Below are positions 51,980 through 61,527 of a stretch of 64,000 bases of DNA, piece after piece (positions within the stretch are counted from its first letter, which is position 1; every line of letters starts with the position of its first letter). Source of the DNA: Bacteroidota bacterium. GTDB lineage: Bacteria > Bacteroidota > Bacteroidia > Bacteroidales > UBA12077. Location: NCBI GenBank assembly GCA_034189025.1, contig JAXHVS010000002.1:11191-75190 (forward strand). The letters are read 5' to 3'. The position numbers were made by a program, and so were the translations under genes. The notes under the pieces were generated by a model. That model worked only from the letters and a program-made list of their open reading frames with translations, had not been told where the DNA came from and searched no databases.

Positions 51980-52849
51980 ATGAAGAAATTAGTATTTGCA
52001 TTATTATTAGCAGCATTTTCACTTAACGTGAGTGCTCAAGATTATTTACCTACCGAAGCAGATTTAAATCAATTTTTGAATTCTAAATTATATGTAGTTT
52101 TGGAAACAAACCCAATTGCTGCATATAATTTTAAAATACAGCAAGCGGTAAAAGAAACATGGAATTTAACCGATTATGAATTTATCTCTTTTAAACAATT
52201 TGAGGAGATGTTTAATGACCCGGATAAATCATTTTTAATGATGACACAAGTTTTATTCGAGAATGATAAAACGAAGGTCAGATATAACTTTTTAAATCTT
52301 TTTATCGGGAAAAAAGAAATTGATGATTTTAATGATTTGCCCGATATCGCATCCATACCTTTATCATATACTATGGTTGATGAAGATTATTGGGTTTATA
52401 AACTGGAATCGTTGGTTCGGTTTTTACAAGCCCATATCATGAATATGAAAAATGACCCTGGCATTATTAAGAAAAATATCTTTCAGCATTATAACGATAA
52501 TATGAAAGATATTAAACAAAAAACACTTTATCTGATAAAAGAAGAAGTTTCGCCCGAAATAAATACTGAAGCTAAGTTGAAAAAAGTATATCCTTATAAA
52601 TTTAAGTTTGTAACGCGTCAGGAAATAGAAGAAGCTATCCAAAAACGAGATCCGGATGTAGTATATTTACATAAAGTAGGGCCACAAGGAACAAGGTTAC
52701 GTGCAAGGTGTTATAAAATAATAATTGGAGCTAAAGATGCCAACTTTTATTATTTTGATTACCACTGGGTTGAACGAACAAAAAATTATGATGGTATTTT
52801 AGAAAAAGACTTCAAGAAATTGGCTAAAGGACGCAATTCGATTTTTTAA
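51980..52849 (+). CDS. hypothetical secreted protein (289 aa)
   Basis: Signal peptide MKKLVFALLLAAFSLNVSAQD; no recognisable motif. Confidence 0.55.
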   Translation: MKKLVFALLLAAFSLNVSAQDYLPTEADLNQFLNSKLYVVLETNPIAAYNFKIQQAVKETWNLTDYEFISFKQFEEMFNDPDKSFLMMTQVLFENDKTKVRYNFLNLFIGKKEIDDFNDLPDIASIPLSYTMVDEDYWVYKLESLVRFLQAHIMNMKNDPGIIKKNIFQHYNDNMKDIKQKTLYLIKEEVSPEINTEAKLKKVYPYKFKFVTRQEIEEAIQKRDPDVVYLHKVGPQGTRLRARCYKIIIGAKDANFYYFDYHWVERTKNYDGILEKDFKKLAKGRNSIF

Positions 52850-52889
52850 ATTTATATTGTACCACCGTATAATTATTAATTATGTACCA

Positions 52890-52924
52890 GGCCTAACAGG
52901 TTTACAAAATCTGTTAGCCCTTTT
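52890..52924 (+). terminator. stem-loop plus TTTT after the 289-aa gene
   Basis: GGCCTAACAG-N11-CTGTTAGCCC (7 bp + mismatch + 2 bp) followed by TTTT. Confidence 0.45.
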
Positions 52925-52995
52925 AACACAAAGTTTCATTTTATAACCCTTTATTTTTATTCTATATTTGCAAAATAAAAATAAGCAAAATAATT

Positions 52996-54366
52996 ATGGC
53001 TGGACAAAAACCCTCAGTACCAAAAGGCACACGCGATTTTTCACCTGTTGAAATGGTAAAACGAAATTTTATTTTTGATACTATAAAAACAGTATTTAAG
53101 CAATTTGGATACTTACCCATCGAAACCCCCGCAATGGAAAATTTATCGAGCCTTTTGGGCAAATATGGAGATGAAGGTGATAAATTATTGTTTAAGATTT
53201 TAAATTCAGGTAATTTTCTAAAAAAAGCACAATCTGATTTATCCCAACCCGATTTAAATAAATTATCGTTTGAGATTTGTGAAAAAGGGTTGCGATATGA
53301 TTTAACAGTCCCTTTTGCCCGTTATGTAGTTCAGCATCTTAATGATATTACTTTCCCTTTTAAACGATACCAGATTCAACCGGTTTGGCGTGCCGATAGG
53401 CCGCAAAAAGGCCGTTATCGCGAATTTTACCAATGCGATGTAGATGTTATTGGCAGTAACTCTTTACTGAACGAAGTTGAGCTAATTCAGATTATTGATA
53501 AAGTTTTTCAAAAATTAAATATCAATACGGTTATTAAACTGAATAATCGTAAAATATTATTAGGTATTGCTGAAGTAATAGGGGCTAAAGATAAATTTAT
53601 TGATTTAACTATCGCACTTGATAAATTAGATAAAATTGGATTAGATGGAGTTAAAGAGGAACTTGGGGAAAAAGGTTTTTCGGAATCACAGATTGAAGGG
53701 ATTTATGAGGTAATTTTAGTTATTAATCAAAATAATAGCCAAAAAATAACATTCTTAAAAAAGATGTTAAAAGAATCAAAAGTTGGATTAAAAGGAACGA
53801 AAGAAATTAAAACTGTTTTAAGCTATTTTGATTTTTTACCTCTTAACACAACCCTTGAGTTGGATCTTACCTTAGCCCGCGGATTAAACTATTATACCGG
53901 TGCGATTATTGAAGTAAAAGCCCTTGATGTAGAAATGGGCAGTATTTGTGGTGGCGGCCGTTACGACGATTTAACCGGCGTTTTTGGATTAAAAGATATT
54001 TCTGGAGTGGGAGTGTCATTTGGTGCCGACCGAATTTATGATGTGATGGAGCAATTGCAAATTTTTCCCGATGAAATTGTTTCATCAACAAAAGTAATGT
54101 TTGTTAACTTTGGTGAAAAGGAAGAGAAATATTGTTTGCCATTACTTCAAAAATTGCGCGACAAAGGCATTAGTGCTGAAATATTTCCAGAATCTGCAAA
54201 AATGAAGAAACAAATGGCATATGCCAATAATAAAAATATACCTTATGTAATATTAGTGGGTGAAAATGAAATGAATAAAAATATAATATCGGTAAAAAAT
54301 ATGATTAGTGGCGAACAAACCGATATGCCTTTTAATAATTTATTGCAGACATTACAGCATAAATGA
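52996..54366 (+). CDS. hisS: histidine--tRNA ligase
   Basis: 456 aa; class II motifs ...GTRDF.P......, [29 protein letters not shown]; a TATATTTG box at 52963-52970 precedes it. Confidence 0.95.
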   Translation: MAGQKPSVPKGTRDFSPVEMVKRNFIFDTIKTVFKQFGYLPIETPAMENLSSLLGKYGDEGDKLLFKILNSGNFLKKAQSDLSQPDLNKLSFEICEKGLRYDLTVPFARYVVQHLNDITFPFKRYQIQPVWRADRPQKGRYREFYQCDVDVIGSNSLLNEVELIQIIDKVFQKLNINTVIKLNNRKILLGIAEVIGAKDKFIDLTIALDKLDKIGLDGVKEELGEKGFSESQIEGIYEVILVINQNNSQKITFLKKMLKESKVGLKGTKEIKTVLSYFDFLPLNTTLELDLTLARGLNYYTGAIIEVKALDVEMGSICGGGRYDDLTGVFGLKDISGVGVSFGADRIYDVMEQLQIFPDEIVSSTKVMFVNFGEKEEKYCLPLLQKLRDKGISAEIFPESAKMKKQMAYANNKNIPYVILVGENEMNKNIISVKNMISGEQTDMPFNNLLQTLQHK

Positions 54367-54510
54367 TAAGTAATAAAAATCATTGTATTTATAGTGCAGG
54401 AGATAAACGGCCTGTAATTGTTTTGGGTAAAGATATTCGTTTTCCATGAATAAAAGTTATGTTAAAAATATTATAGGATTTTAATTTATTCAAAAACTAA
54501 ATTTTATAGC

Positions 54511-56016
54511 ATGGAAAAAATACATTATATATCAAATGAACAATTAACATTCGATACCATTAATCATATCATAGAACAAGGATATAAAATTGCTTTATCA
54601 GAGGAATCAAAAAATCAGATTAAAAAATGCCGCAACTATTTAGATCAAAAGATGGCTACGCAAAACGAACCCATTTATGGTATTAATACAGGGTTTGGTG
54701 CTTTATACAACAAACGAATTTCTAAAGAGGATTTGGGAAATTTGCAGAAGAATCTGGTAATGTCACATGCTTGTGGAACCGGCGACGAAATCCCATCTGA
54801 AATTGTTAAGCTAATGATTTTATTAAAAATCCAGTCGCTTTCTTATGGTCATTCGGGAATTCAACTCGAAACCGTTGAGCGATTAATTGATTTTTTCAAT
54901 CATGATATATTGCCCGTTGTTTATCAGTATGGTTCATTAGGGGCATCCGGAGATTTAGCTCCTTTAGCTCATTTATGTTTACCATTACTGGGAATGGGCG
55001 AGGTAAATGTTAACGGGAAAAGAATTTCCGGTTCGGAATTGTTGAAAGAAAGGAGTTGGAAACCTATTAATTTAAAATCGAAAGAAGGATTAGCACTACT
55101 AAATGGAACTCAATTTATGGGAGCTTATGGAGTATATTTGATTTTAAAAGTAAGGAAACTGTCGCAGCTAGCCGATATTATTGGAGCTGTTTCGTTAGAT
55201 GCTTTTGATGGAAGAATTGAACCTTTCTATGATTCGGTTCACCAGGTTAGGCATCATGCCGGACAAATAGAAACAGCACGTATTATTCGTTTTTTGTTGG
55301 AAGGAAGTGAGTTAATTAATCGTCCAAAAGTGCATGTTCAAGATCCCTATTCGTTTCGTTGTATTCCGCAAGTGCACGGAGCATCAAAAGATTCAATTCA
55401 ATATGTTTCCAGCGTTTTTAAAAATGAAATTAATGCTGTAACCGACAATCCAACTATTTTTCCTGATGAAGATTTGATTATCTCGGCTGGCAATTTCCAC
55501 GGTCAGCCCTTAGCGTTAGCGCTAGATAATTTATGTATTGCAATGGCTGAGTTGGGAAGTATTTCAGAACGAAGAACGTATCAGTTGTTGGCGGGTAAAC
55601 GTGGATTACCTTCTTTTTTAGTAGCTAATCCGGGATTAAATAGTGGATTTATGATTCCGCAATATACTGCGGCATCTCTTGTAAGCAGCAATAAGCAATT
55701 GTCTACACCTGCTTCGGTTGATACTATTGAGTCTTCACAAGGACAGGAAGATCATGTTAGTATGGGCGCTAATGCAGCTACAAAAACGTATAAAGTAGCT
55801 CAAAATTTAGAGCGAATTTTAGCTATTGAGTTATTTAATGCAGCACAGGCACTAGAATTTCAGCGTCCGGCAAAATCATCGCCATTTATAGAGAAGTTTA
55901 TAGCCGATTATCGTAAAAAGGTTAAATTTATCGATCAGGATAAAACGATGTATAATGATATTGCTCGTTCAATAGATTATCTTAGAGAAGTTGAATTGGA
56001 ACTTCCCCAAAAATAG
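54511..56016 (+). CDS. hutH: histidine ammonia-lyase
   Basis: 501 aa; MIO-forming GSLGASGDLAPLAHL; selectivity pair S-H in NLVMSHACG is the HAL type rather than PAL/TAL. Confidence 0.9.
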   Translation: MEKIHYISNEQLTFDTINHIIEQGYKIALSEESKNQIKKCRNYLDQKMATQNEPIYGINTGFGALYNKRISKEDLGNLQKNLVMSHACGTGDEIPSEIVKLMILLKIQSLSYGHSGIQLETVERLIDFFNHDILPVVYQYGSLGASGDLAPLAHLCLPLLGMGEVNVNGKRISGSELLKERSWKPINLKSKEGLALLNGTQFMGAYGVYLILKVRKLSQLADIIGAVSLDAFDGRIEPFYDSVHQVRHHAGQIETARIIRFLLEGSELINRPKVHVQDPYSFRCIPQVHGASKDSIQYVSSVFKNEINAVTDNPTIFPDEDLIISAGNFHGQPLALALDNLCIAMAELGSISERRTYQLLAGKRGLPSFLVANPGLNSGFMIPQYTAASLVSSNKQLSTPASVDTIESSQGQEDHVSMGANAATKTYKVAQNLERILAIELFNAAQALEFQRPAKSSPFIEKFIADYRKKVKFIDQDKTMYNDIARSIDYLREVELELPQK

Positions 56017-56031
56017 ATATTATTTAAAAAA

Positions 56032-56064
56032 ATGCCCCGTTTTGTTACTGAACAAACGGGGCAT
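56032..56064 (+). terminator. stem-loop after hutH
   Basis: ATGCCCCGTTT(T)GTT-ACTG-AACAAACGGGGCAT, a 14-bp stem with one bulged T, 16 nt after the stop. No strong T-tract follows. Confidence 0.55.
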
Positions 56065-56116
56065 AGACATTTATGAGAAAAAAATATCAGGCACTTTTTT
56101 AAAAGTGCAAAATCAA

Positions 56117-56575
56117 CTATTCATCTTTATCACTTCCACGTATTTTCTTTAATAAATATGCTTTAAATTCATAATCGGCTAAATAGATTTTCATTACTTT
56201 TTGAATGGATAAAATCTCTTTAAACTTATCATGATACTCATCGAGTAATTCAGCCAATTGCATCTCGTAATTAATATAGTTATCGGCATATTGGAACATC
56301 TCTTTTTTAGACATGTTTTCGCTATTTTTAGCGAACTGAGTCATTGTTTCTTTGCGATTGGCAATAATATTATTTTTTCTTTCCCAATAGCGATTATAGA
56401 TGGGCCAGAATTTTTCTGCTTCTTCGGGTGTTAGGCCAATTTTATCTGTAAAAAAGGCAATTTTTTGTGATTTTATTTGTTGCTCTTTACTTGCTTTATT
56501 TGACTCTTGTGCATTTGAGTGTAATCCGGAAATTACAAACGACATTACTAATATGAATGTAGTAAAAATTTTCAT
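56117..56575 (-). CDS. periplasmic helical protein, possibly Spy/CpxP-like
   Basis: Signal peptide MKIFTTFILVMSFVISGLHSNAQ; LTPEEAEKFWPIY resembles LTxxQ-type motifs; last gene after the ECF sigma/anti-sigma pair. The family call is tentative. Confidence 0.45.
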   Translation of the reverse strand: MKIFTTFILVMSFVISGLHSNAQESNKASKEQQIKSQKIAFFTDKIGLTPEEAEKFWPIYNRYWERKNNIIANRKETMTQFAKNSENMSKKEMFQYADNYINYEMQLAELLDEYHDKFKEILSIQKVMKIYLADYEFKAYLLKKIRGSDKDE

Positions 56576-56587
56576 TTTATAAATTTT

Positions 56588-57052
56588 TTATAATTCATCA
56601 ATTAATGTTCCATAGTCAATACCTTCATCCATAAGATAATGGATATATTCGTCGGTTTCTTCTTTTTTTTGTTCAGAGGATTTTTTTTCTTCTTCAAGCA
56701 AAATGTCAATAAATTGTTGTTCAGAATATTCAGAAGCATCTACTTCAATAATTCGCGTATATACTTCGTTCGTAACTGGTGAGTTAACTTGATTTGATAT
56801 AATAGAATCGATAACTGTGATGGCTATAAATGCAAATCCTGCAATCATAAAAGCCAATGCCAATTGTGGTTTAACAACATGGAAAAATTGTGCAATCCTA
56901 TTGGTTTGTTTTGTCTCCGACAAAATCTTTTCCTGTATTCTCAAAGGAAAATCATCAAAATATCCTTCAGGAACAGAAAATGGATTCTTATTTTCTCCTT
57001 GTAAATTATTAAATTTTAAATTTGATTCATTTTTCATTTTTATATTCCCCAA
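56588..57052 (-). CDS. putative anti-sigma factor (single-pass membrane protein)
   Basis: 154 aa; central TM LALAFMIAGFAFIAITVI; lies directly downstream of the ECF sigma gene. No conserved motif, so the call is by position and topology only. Confidence 0.5.
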   Translation of the reverse strand: MGNIKMKNESNLKFNNLQGENKNPFSVPEGYFDDFPLRIQEKILSETKQTNRIAQFFHVVKPQLALAFMIAGFAFIAITVIDSIISNQVNSPVTNEVYTRIIEVDASEYSEQQFIDILLEEEKKSSEQKKEETDEYIHYLMDEGIDYGTLIDEL

Positions 57053-57094
57053 ATTTATTCCCTTGTTTTTTTGACACTTATAAAATACAAAAGT

Positions 57095-57643
57095 TTAATC
57101 TTCTTTAAAATAATTTTTTATTTTTTTCACTGCATGATGGTATGAGGCTTTTAGGGCTCCTACTGAAGTATTTAAAACTTCAGCCATATCATCATATTTC
57201 ATTTCTTCAAAATATTTCATATTGAATACGATCCGTTGTTTTTTCGGCAATTTTAAAATAGCTTTTTGTAATTTAAGCTGTATTTCTGTTCCATTAAAAT
57301 GTTCGTCACTTTGTAAGGTTTCTTTTAACTGGTTTTCGTAATCAACAATGGGTAATAAATATTTTGTTTTTTTTTGTTTAAGAAATGTTAATGATTCATT
57401 TGTGGCAATGCGATATAACCATGTGTATAATTTTGAGTCTTCTCTAAAACCATCAAGCCCTTTCCAAACTTTAATAAAAGTGTTTTGCAAAATATCATCT
57501 GCATCATCATGTATAAGTACAATTTTTCGTATATGCCAGTATAGCTTTTCCTGATACTTTCTAACAATCAGGTTAAAGGCATAGTTTCTCTTTTCTTCAT
57601 TCTTAAAGAGAGCTAATAATTCTTTATCACTATAATCAGGCAT
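57095..57643 (-). CDS. ECF-type RNA polymerase sigma-70 factor
   Basis: 182 aa; region 2 DADDILQNTFIKVW...WLYRIA.NE; region 4 ...MKYDDMAEVLNTSVGALKASYHHAVKKI. Confidence 0.88.
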   Translation of the reverse strand: MPDYSDKELLALFKNEEKRNYAFNLIVRKYQEKLYWHIRKIVLIHDDADDILQNTFIKVWKGLDGFREDSKLYTWLYRIATNESLTFLKQKKTKYLLPIVDYENQLKETLQSDEHFNGTEIQLKLQKAILKLPKKQRIVFNMKYFEEMKYDDMAEVLNTSVGALKASYHHAVKKIKNYFKED

Positions 57644-57678
57644 AATCGGATTAAGAAAAGGGTAATTTAAAAAATAAA

Positions 57679-58632
57679 TTATTTTCTTTTTAAGACGGTT
57701 TCCACTGCTTTAACAATATTCGATGAATCAATGCCATATTTTTTCATTAGATCTTCGGGTTTTCCACTTTCTCCAAATTGATCATTAACAGCAACCATTT
57801 CTAATGGGGTAGGCATTTTTCTACTTAAAAGTTGGGCAATTGAATCTCCTAATCCGCCATTCATTAAATGTTCTTCAGCTGTAACTACTGCTTTGGTTTT
57901 AGAAGCGGAAGCTAATACAGCATCTTCATCTAATGGTTTAATGGTATGTATATCAATTATTTCTATTGATATTCCTTTTTGTTCCAGCACCTGAGCTGCT
58001 TCAATAGATTTCCAAACCAAATGTCCGGTAGCAAAAATAGAAACATCGGCTCCTTTGTTTAGAAGAAGAGCTTTTCCTATTTCAAATGATTGATTTTCGG
58101 AAGTAAAATTAGGGACTTTTGGGCGGCCAAAACGAAGGTAAACAGGGCCTTCATAACTGGCAATTGCAATGGTAGCTGCTTTAGTTTGGTTAAAGTCACA
58201 AGGATTAATAACAGTCATTCCCGGAAGCATTTTCATCAATCCAATATCTTCCATAATTTGGTGTGTAGCTCCATCTTCGCCTAAGGTTATCCCTGCATGT
58301 GAGGCACAAATTTTTACATTTTTCCCTGAGTAGGCAATGGATTGTCTCACCTGGTCGTAAACTCTTCCGGTAGCAAAATTAGCAAATGTACCGGCAAAAG
58401 GAATTTTTCCACCAACAGTAAGTCCTGCAGCAACACCCATCATATTTGCTTCGGCAATGCCACATTGGAAAAACCTTTCAGGGAATTCTTCGGCAAACTG
58501 ATTCATTTTTAAAGAACCGGTTAGATCAGCACATAAAGCTACAACATTCTTATTTTGTTTTCCTAATTCATATAATCCTGCTCCAAAACCTGAGCGTGTA
58601 TCTTTTTTTTCGGTGTATTCAAATTTTCTCAT
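57679..58632 (-). CDS. transketolase, C-terminal (pyrimidine-binding + C-terminal domain) subunit
   Basis: 317 aa; ...TRSGFG..L.ELG..N..VVALCADL.GS......F...FPERFFQCGIAEANMMGVAAGL... Confidence 0.9.
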   Translation of the reverse strand: MRKFEYTEKKDTRSGFGAGLYELGKQNKNVVALCADLTGSLKMNQFAEEFPERFFQCGIAEANMMGVAAGLTVGGKIPFAGTFANFATGRVYDQVRQSIAYSGKNVKICASHAGITLGEDGATHQIMEDIGLMKMLPGMTVINPCDFNQTKAATIAIASYEGPVYLRFGRPKVPNFTSENQSFEIGKALLLNKGADVSIFATGHLVWKSIEAAQVLEQKGISIEIIDIHTIKPLDEDAVLASASKTKAVVTAEEHLMNGGLGDSIAQLLSRKMPTPLEMVAVNDQFGESGKPEDLMKKYGIDSSNIVKAVETVLKRK

Positions 58633-58641
58633 TGTTATTTT

Positions 58642-60036
58642 TTAATATATAGTAATTGAATTTGACGATCCTGATTTTATAGTAAATTGTTTAGTTATGG
58701 TATTTGTAACTTGTTTTGATTTTCTGGGACGATAAACGATCCTGTAACTTCCGGGTTGTAAAATTAAATTTTGATAGAGTAAATCCACATTTAAGTTATG
58801 CACCCATTTTAATGTGTCAGCAGTTTCGGCATATAAACTGCCAAATCCTGGCGCGGGAAATGATAAATTGGCAATACCTGGTTTTGGAATTTTTATTCTG
58901 GTCGTTTTACTTTGTTCAATTTTTACATTCTCTAACTTTATTAATGGAATAGTTAAAATTTCTAAATCGTATTCTCCGGTTAAATATTTCTCTGTTTGCT
59001 CGTTTTCTTGTACATTAATAATTTGTGGCCCATCATCTTCTCGTATAATGATTTTAAGCCCTTTATACTGGTTTGAACCAGGACATGAAATATTTAAATA
59101 ACCTTGGGGAGCATATAGCCCTATCATATTATGTTTGCCCTCGGTAAGTTTAATGCTATCTTTTTTTACAGGGGGAAGTGTATTAACAACTAAATCATAA
59201 GTGATTAGTGGATCAATAATTAAGGTATCCGGATTTCCCATATAATTAATGGTGTGGATAAAGTTATATTTTATTTTTCCCGAAAGATGATCAAAAAGAG
59301 ACATATTCACATCTGTTTCGGTTGGTTTTCCATATGAGTCGAGCAAATTTACTTGCGCAGTTGTGGAGTTTAATGCCCTTGAGATGGCCACATTAAGTGC
59401 TTCCTCAAATTTTTCTTCTGTTGGCGTATTGTAGAAACTTCCAACACATTCAAAAGTATTTTCAAAATTTGGATCAATTCCAATGCCAATAACAAAAGGC
59501 TTGAGTACGATTCCTTTTTTTTGTAGATCCAGTGATGCCTGGCAAGGGTCTCCATCACAAGCTTCAATTCCGTCGGTAATAAGAATAATTATATTTCGGC
59601 AATTTTTGCAAGGAGGAAAATCGTTGGCAGCAAGCTCCAATGAATGTGCAATAGGTGTGGTTCCTTTAGGAATTATATATCGCAATTTTTGACGTATTTG
59701 TGAGGCATTTCCATCCGAAAAGGGAATTTCTAATTTAGTATCGCTACAGTCTTGTGGTGGAACAGGGCTTTGATGTCCATATACCCGTAAGGCCATTTGA
59801 ATATTTGGCGATTTTTCAAGGCTGTCGATAAGCTGAATTAGATACTTTCTGGCAATATTAATTTTTTTATTATTGCCCCATGTTCCATACATGCTTTGTG
59901 AAGCATCAAAAATAAATAATATACGAGTAGTTGGAGGCTCTGGTTTTTGATTCTGTTGAGCGCCAACCTGCAAAGATAAAATGAATAGTATGTACGTGAA
60001 TATTTTTTTCAAAAGTTTAAATTGTTGCCGGGACAC
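58642..60036 (-). CDS. secreted von Willebrand factor type A (vWA) domain protein
   Basis: MIDAS DASQS in ILFIFDASQSMYG, followed by vWA-like blocks (IILITDG). The GTG at 60036 (MSRQQFKLLKKIFTYILFILSLQVGAQQ) or the TTG at 60012 (MKKIFTYILF...) gives a signal peptide. The track start at 60153 would overlap the upstream gene by 112 nt. Confidence 0.75.
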   Translation of the reverse strand: MSRQQFKLLKKIFTYILFILSLQVGAQQNQKPEPPTTRILFIFDASQSMYGTWGNNKKINIARKYLIQLIDSLEKSPNIQMALRVYGHQSPVPPQDCSDTKLEIPFSDGNASQIRQKLRYIIPKGTTPIAHSLELAANDFPPCKNCRNIIILITDGIEACDGDPCQASLDLQKKGIVLKPFVIGIGIDPNFENTFECVGSFYNTPTEEKFEEALNVAISRALNSTTAQVNLLDSYGKPTETDVNMSLFDHLSGKIKYNFIHTINYMGNPDTLIIDPLITYDLVVNTLPPVKKDSIKLTEGKHNMIGLYAPQGYLNISCPGSNQYKGLKIIIREDDGPQIINVQENEQTEKYLTGEYDLEILTIPLIKLENVKIEQSKTTRIKIPKPGIANLSFPAPGFGSLYAETADTLKWVHNLNVDLLYQNLILQPGSYRIVYRPRKSKQVTNTITKQFTIKSGSSNSITIY

Positions 60037-60041
60037 AAAAA

Positions 60042-60443
60042 TTATTGGCCCATCGATTTTCTTCGTTCGTAATCTTCTTTTTTTATGTGTCCTAAAATAA
60101 TCAATTCTGCTGTAGCATAGTTGGTTGCTAAAGGAATATTGTACATATTGCAAGCTTCCAATAGTCTCTGAATATCCTCGTGATGGCCTTGTTTGATAAG
60201 AGGGTCTCTTAAAAAGATAACAATATCTACTTCTTTTTTCTTAACCATTTCAGTTATCTCATTATAACCGCCCGATTTGCCTGGGCTTAAATGTTTTACT
60301 CTAATTCCTTGAGATTCAACATACTCTGCTGTTCTACCGGTAGCAATCAGATTAACTCCAAAAATCCAATCTTTTCGCTCATTAAGAAATCGAACCATTT
60401 CCGGTTTTTTTACATCATGTGCAATAATTACTATATTTTCCAT
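60042..60443 (-). CDS. MGS-like domain protein (methylglyoxal synthase homolog with substituted catalytic positions)
   Basis: 133 aa; IVIIAHDVKK, LIATGRTA, DIVIFLRDPL...GHHEDI, IPLATNYATAELI align by eye to MgsA blocks. GGYNE replaces GGDQQ. Confidence 0.75.
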   Translation of the reverse strand: MENIVIIAHDVKKPEMVRFLNERKDWIFGVNLIATGRTAEYVESQGIRVKHLSPGKSGGYNEITEMVKKKEVDIVIFLRDPLIKQGHHEDIQRLLEACNMYNIPLATNYATAELIILGHIKKEDYERRKSMGQ

Positions 60444-60473
60444 AATAGTAGATTTTTATATTAACTCATTCTA

Positions 60474-61319
60474 TTAATAGTCACCTAGTGTTTCTTCAAG
60501 TTGGCTTAATGCATTTTGTAATTGTTCATCATTAGGTGCTGCACCATGCCATTTATGTGTTCCCATCATAAAATCAACCCCCATACCCATTTCTGTTTTC
60601 ATTAAAATCATTATAGGTTTACCTTTTCCGGTAAGGGTTTTAGCATGGTTTAATATTTTTATAATATCTTCCATGTCGTTGCCATTCATTTCCAGCACAT
60701 TCCAGCCAAAACTTTCCCATTTGTTTTTAAGGTTTCCTAAGCTGAGAATTTCATCAACAGGGCCATCGATTTGTTTGTTATTATAGTCAACAGTTGATAT
60801 TAAATTATCAATTTTATGATGTGCAGCAAACATTGCAGCTTCCCAAATTTGGCCTTCCTGCAGTTCTCCATCGCCGTGAAGAGAATACACTATTTTAGGA
60901 TCATTGTTTAATTTTTTTGATAATGCGGCTCCTGCTGCTACCGAAAGACCCTGGCCCAATGAGCCTGAAGATATTCTAATACCGGGTAATCCTTCGTGTG
61001 TTGTTGGATGTCCTTGTAATCTTGAATTAATCATCCTAAAAGTTGAAAGCTCCGATAAATCAAAATATCCCGATCGGGCTAAAGCACTGTACCAAAGCGG
61101 TGAAATATGTCCATTTGACAAAAAGAAAATATCTTGATTTTTACCATCCATATCAAATTGTTTTGGATTATGATCCAGAATGTCAAAATATAATGCGGTC
61201 ATAAAATCGGCACAGCCAAGAGATCCGCCAGGATGTCCTGAGCTTTGTGCATGAACCATTCGTAAAATATCGCGCCGTACTTGCGTAGCTATCTTCTTTA
61301 AATTTTGAATATCTGCCAT
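60474..61319 (-). CDS. transketolase, N-terminal (thiamine-diphosphate-binding) subunit
   Basis: 281 aa; SSGHPGGSLG, LSNGH, GDGELQEGQIWEA. Confidence 0.9.
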   Translation of the reverse strand: MADIQNLKKIATQVRRDILRMVHAQSSGHPGGSLGCADFMTALYFDILDHNPKQFDMDGKNQDIFFLSNGHISPLWYSALARSGYFDLSELSTFRMINSRLQGHPTTHEGLPGIRISSGSLGQGLSVAAGAALSKKLNNDPKIVYSLHGDGELQEGQIWEAAMFAAHHKIDNLISTVDYNNKQIDGPVDEILSLGNLKNKWESFGWNVLEMNGNDMEDIIKILNHAKTLTGKGKPIMILMKTEMGMGVDFMMGTHKWHGAAPNDEQLQNALSQLEETLGDY

Positions 61320-61527
61320 TTTATTAAATTATAATTGTAAAAAATTGTTTAGAAAATTAGGTGTAAAAATACAGTTTTTCATTAGAATATACGGAAAATG
61401 AATGCATTTTATTATTAACATCATACAAAGAAATAATCATGCAGCTTTTTTATTTGAAATAGCTTTTTAAAATTCTGAAAAAGTGTAATTTTGAGCTTTC
61501 GGAAATCATTTTTCAAAAAATAAAATT

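Noticed and set aside
56091-56108. GCACTTTTTTAAAAGTGC palindrome just downstream of the minus-strand periplasmic-protein gene, considered as its terminator
   Set aside because: Only 4 G/C-containing pairs with an A/T stem and a 2-nt loop. Plausible, but too weak to annotate.
60037-60153. Long N-terminal extension of the vWA ORF overlapping the MGS-like gene by 112 nt
   Set aside because: The extension has no signal-peptide character. GTG (60036) or TTG (60012) starts give a classic signal peptide and remove the overlap.
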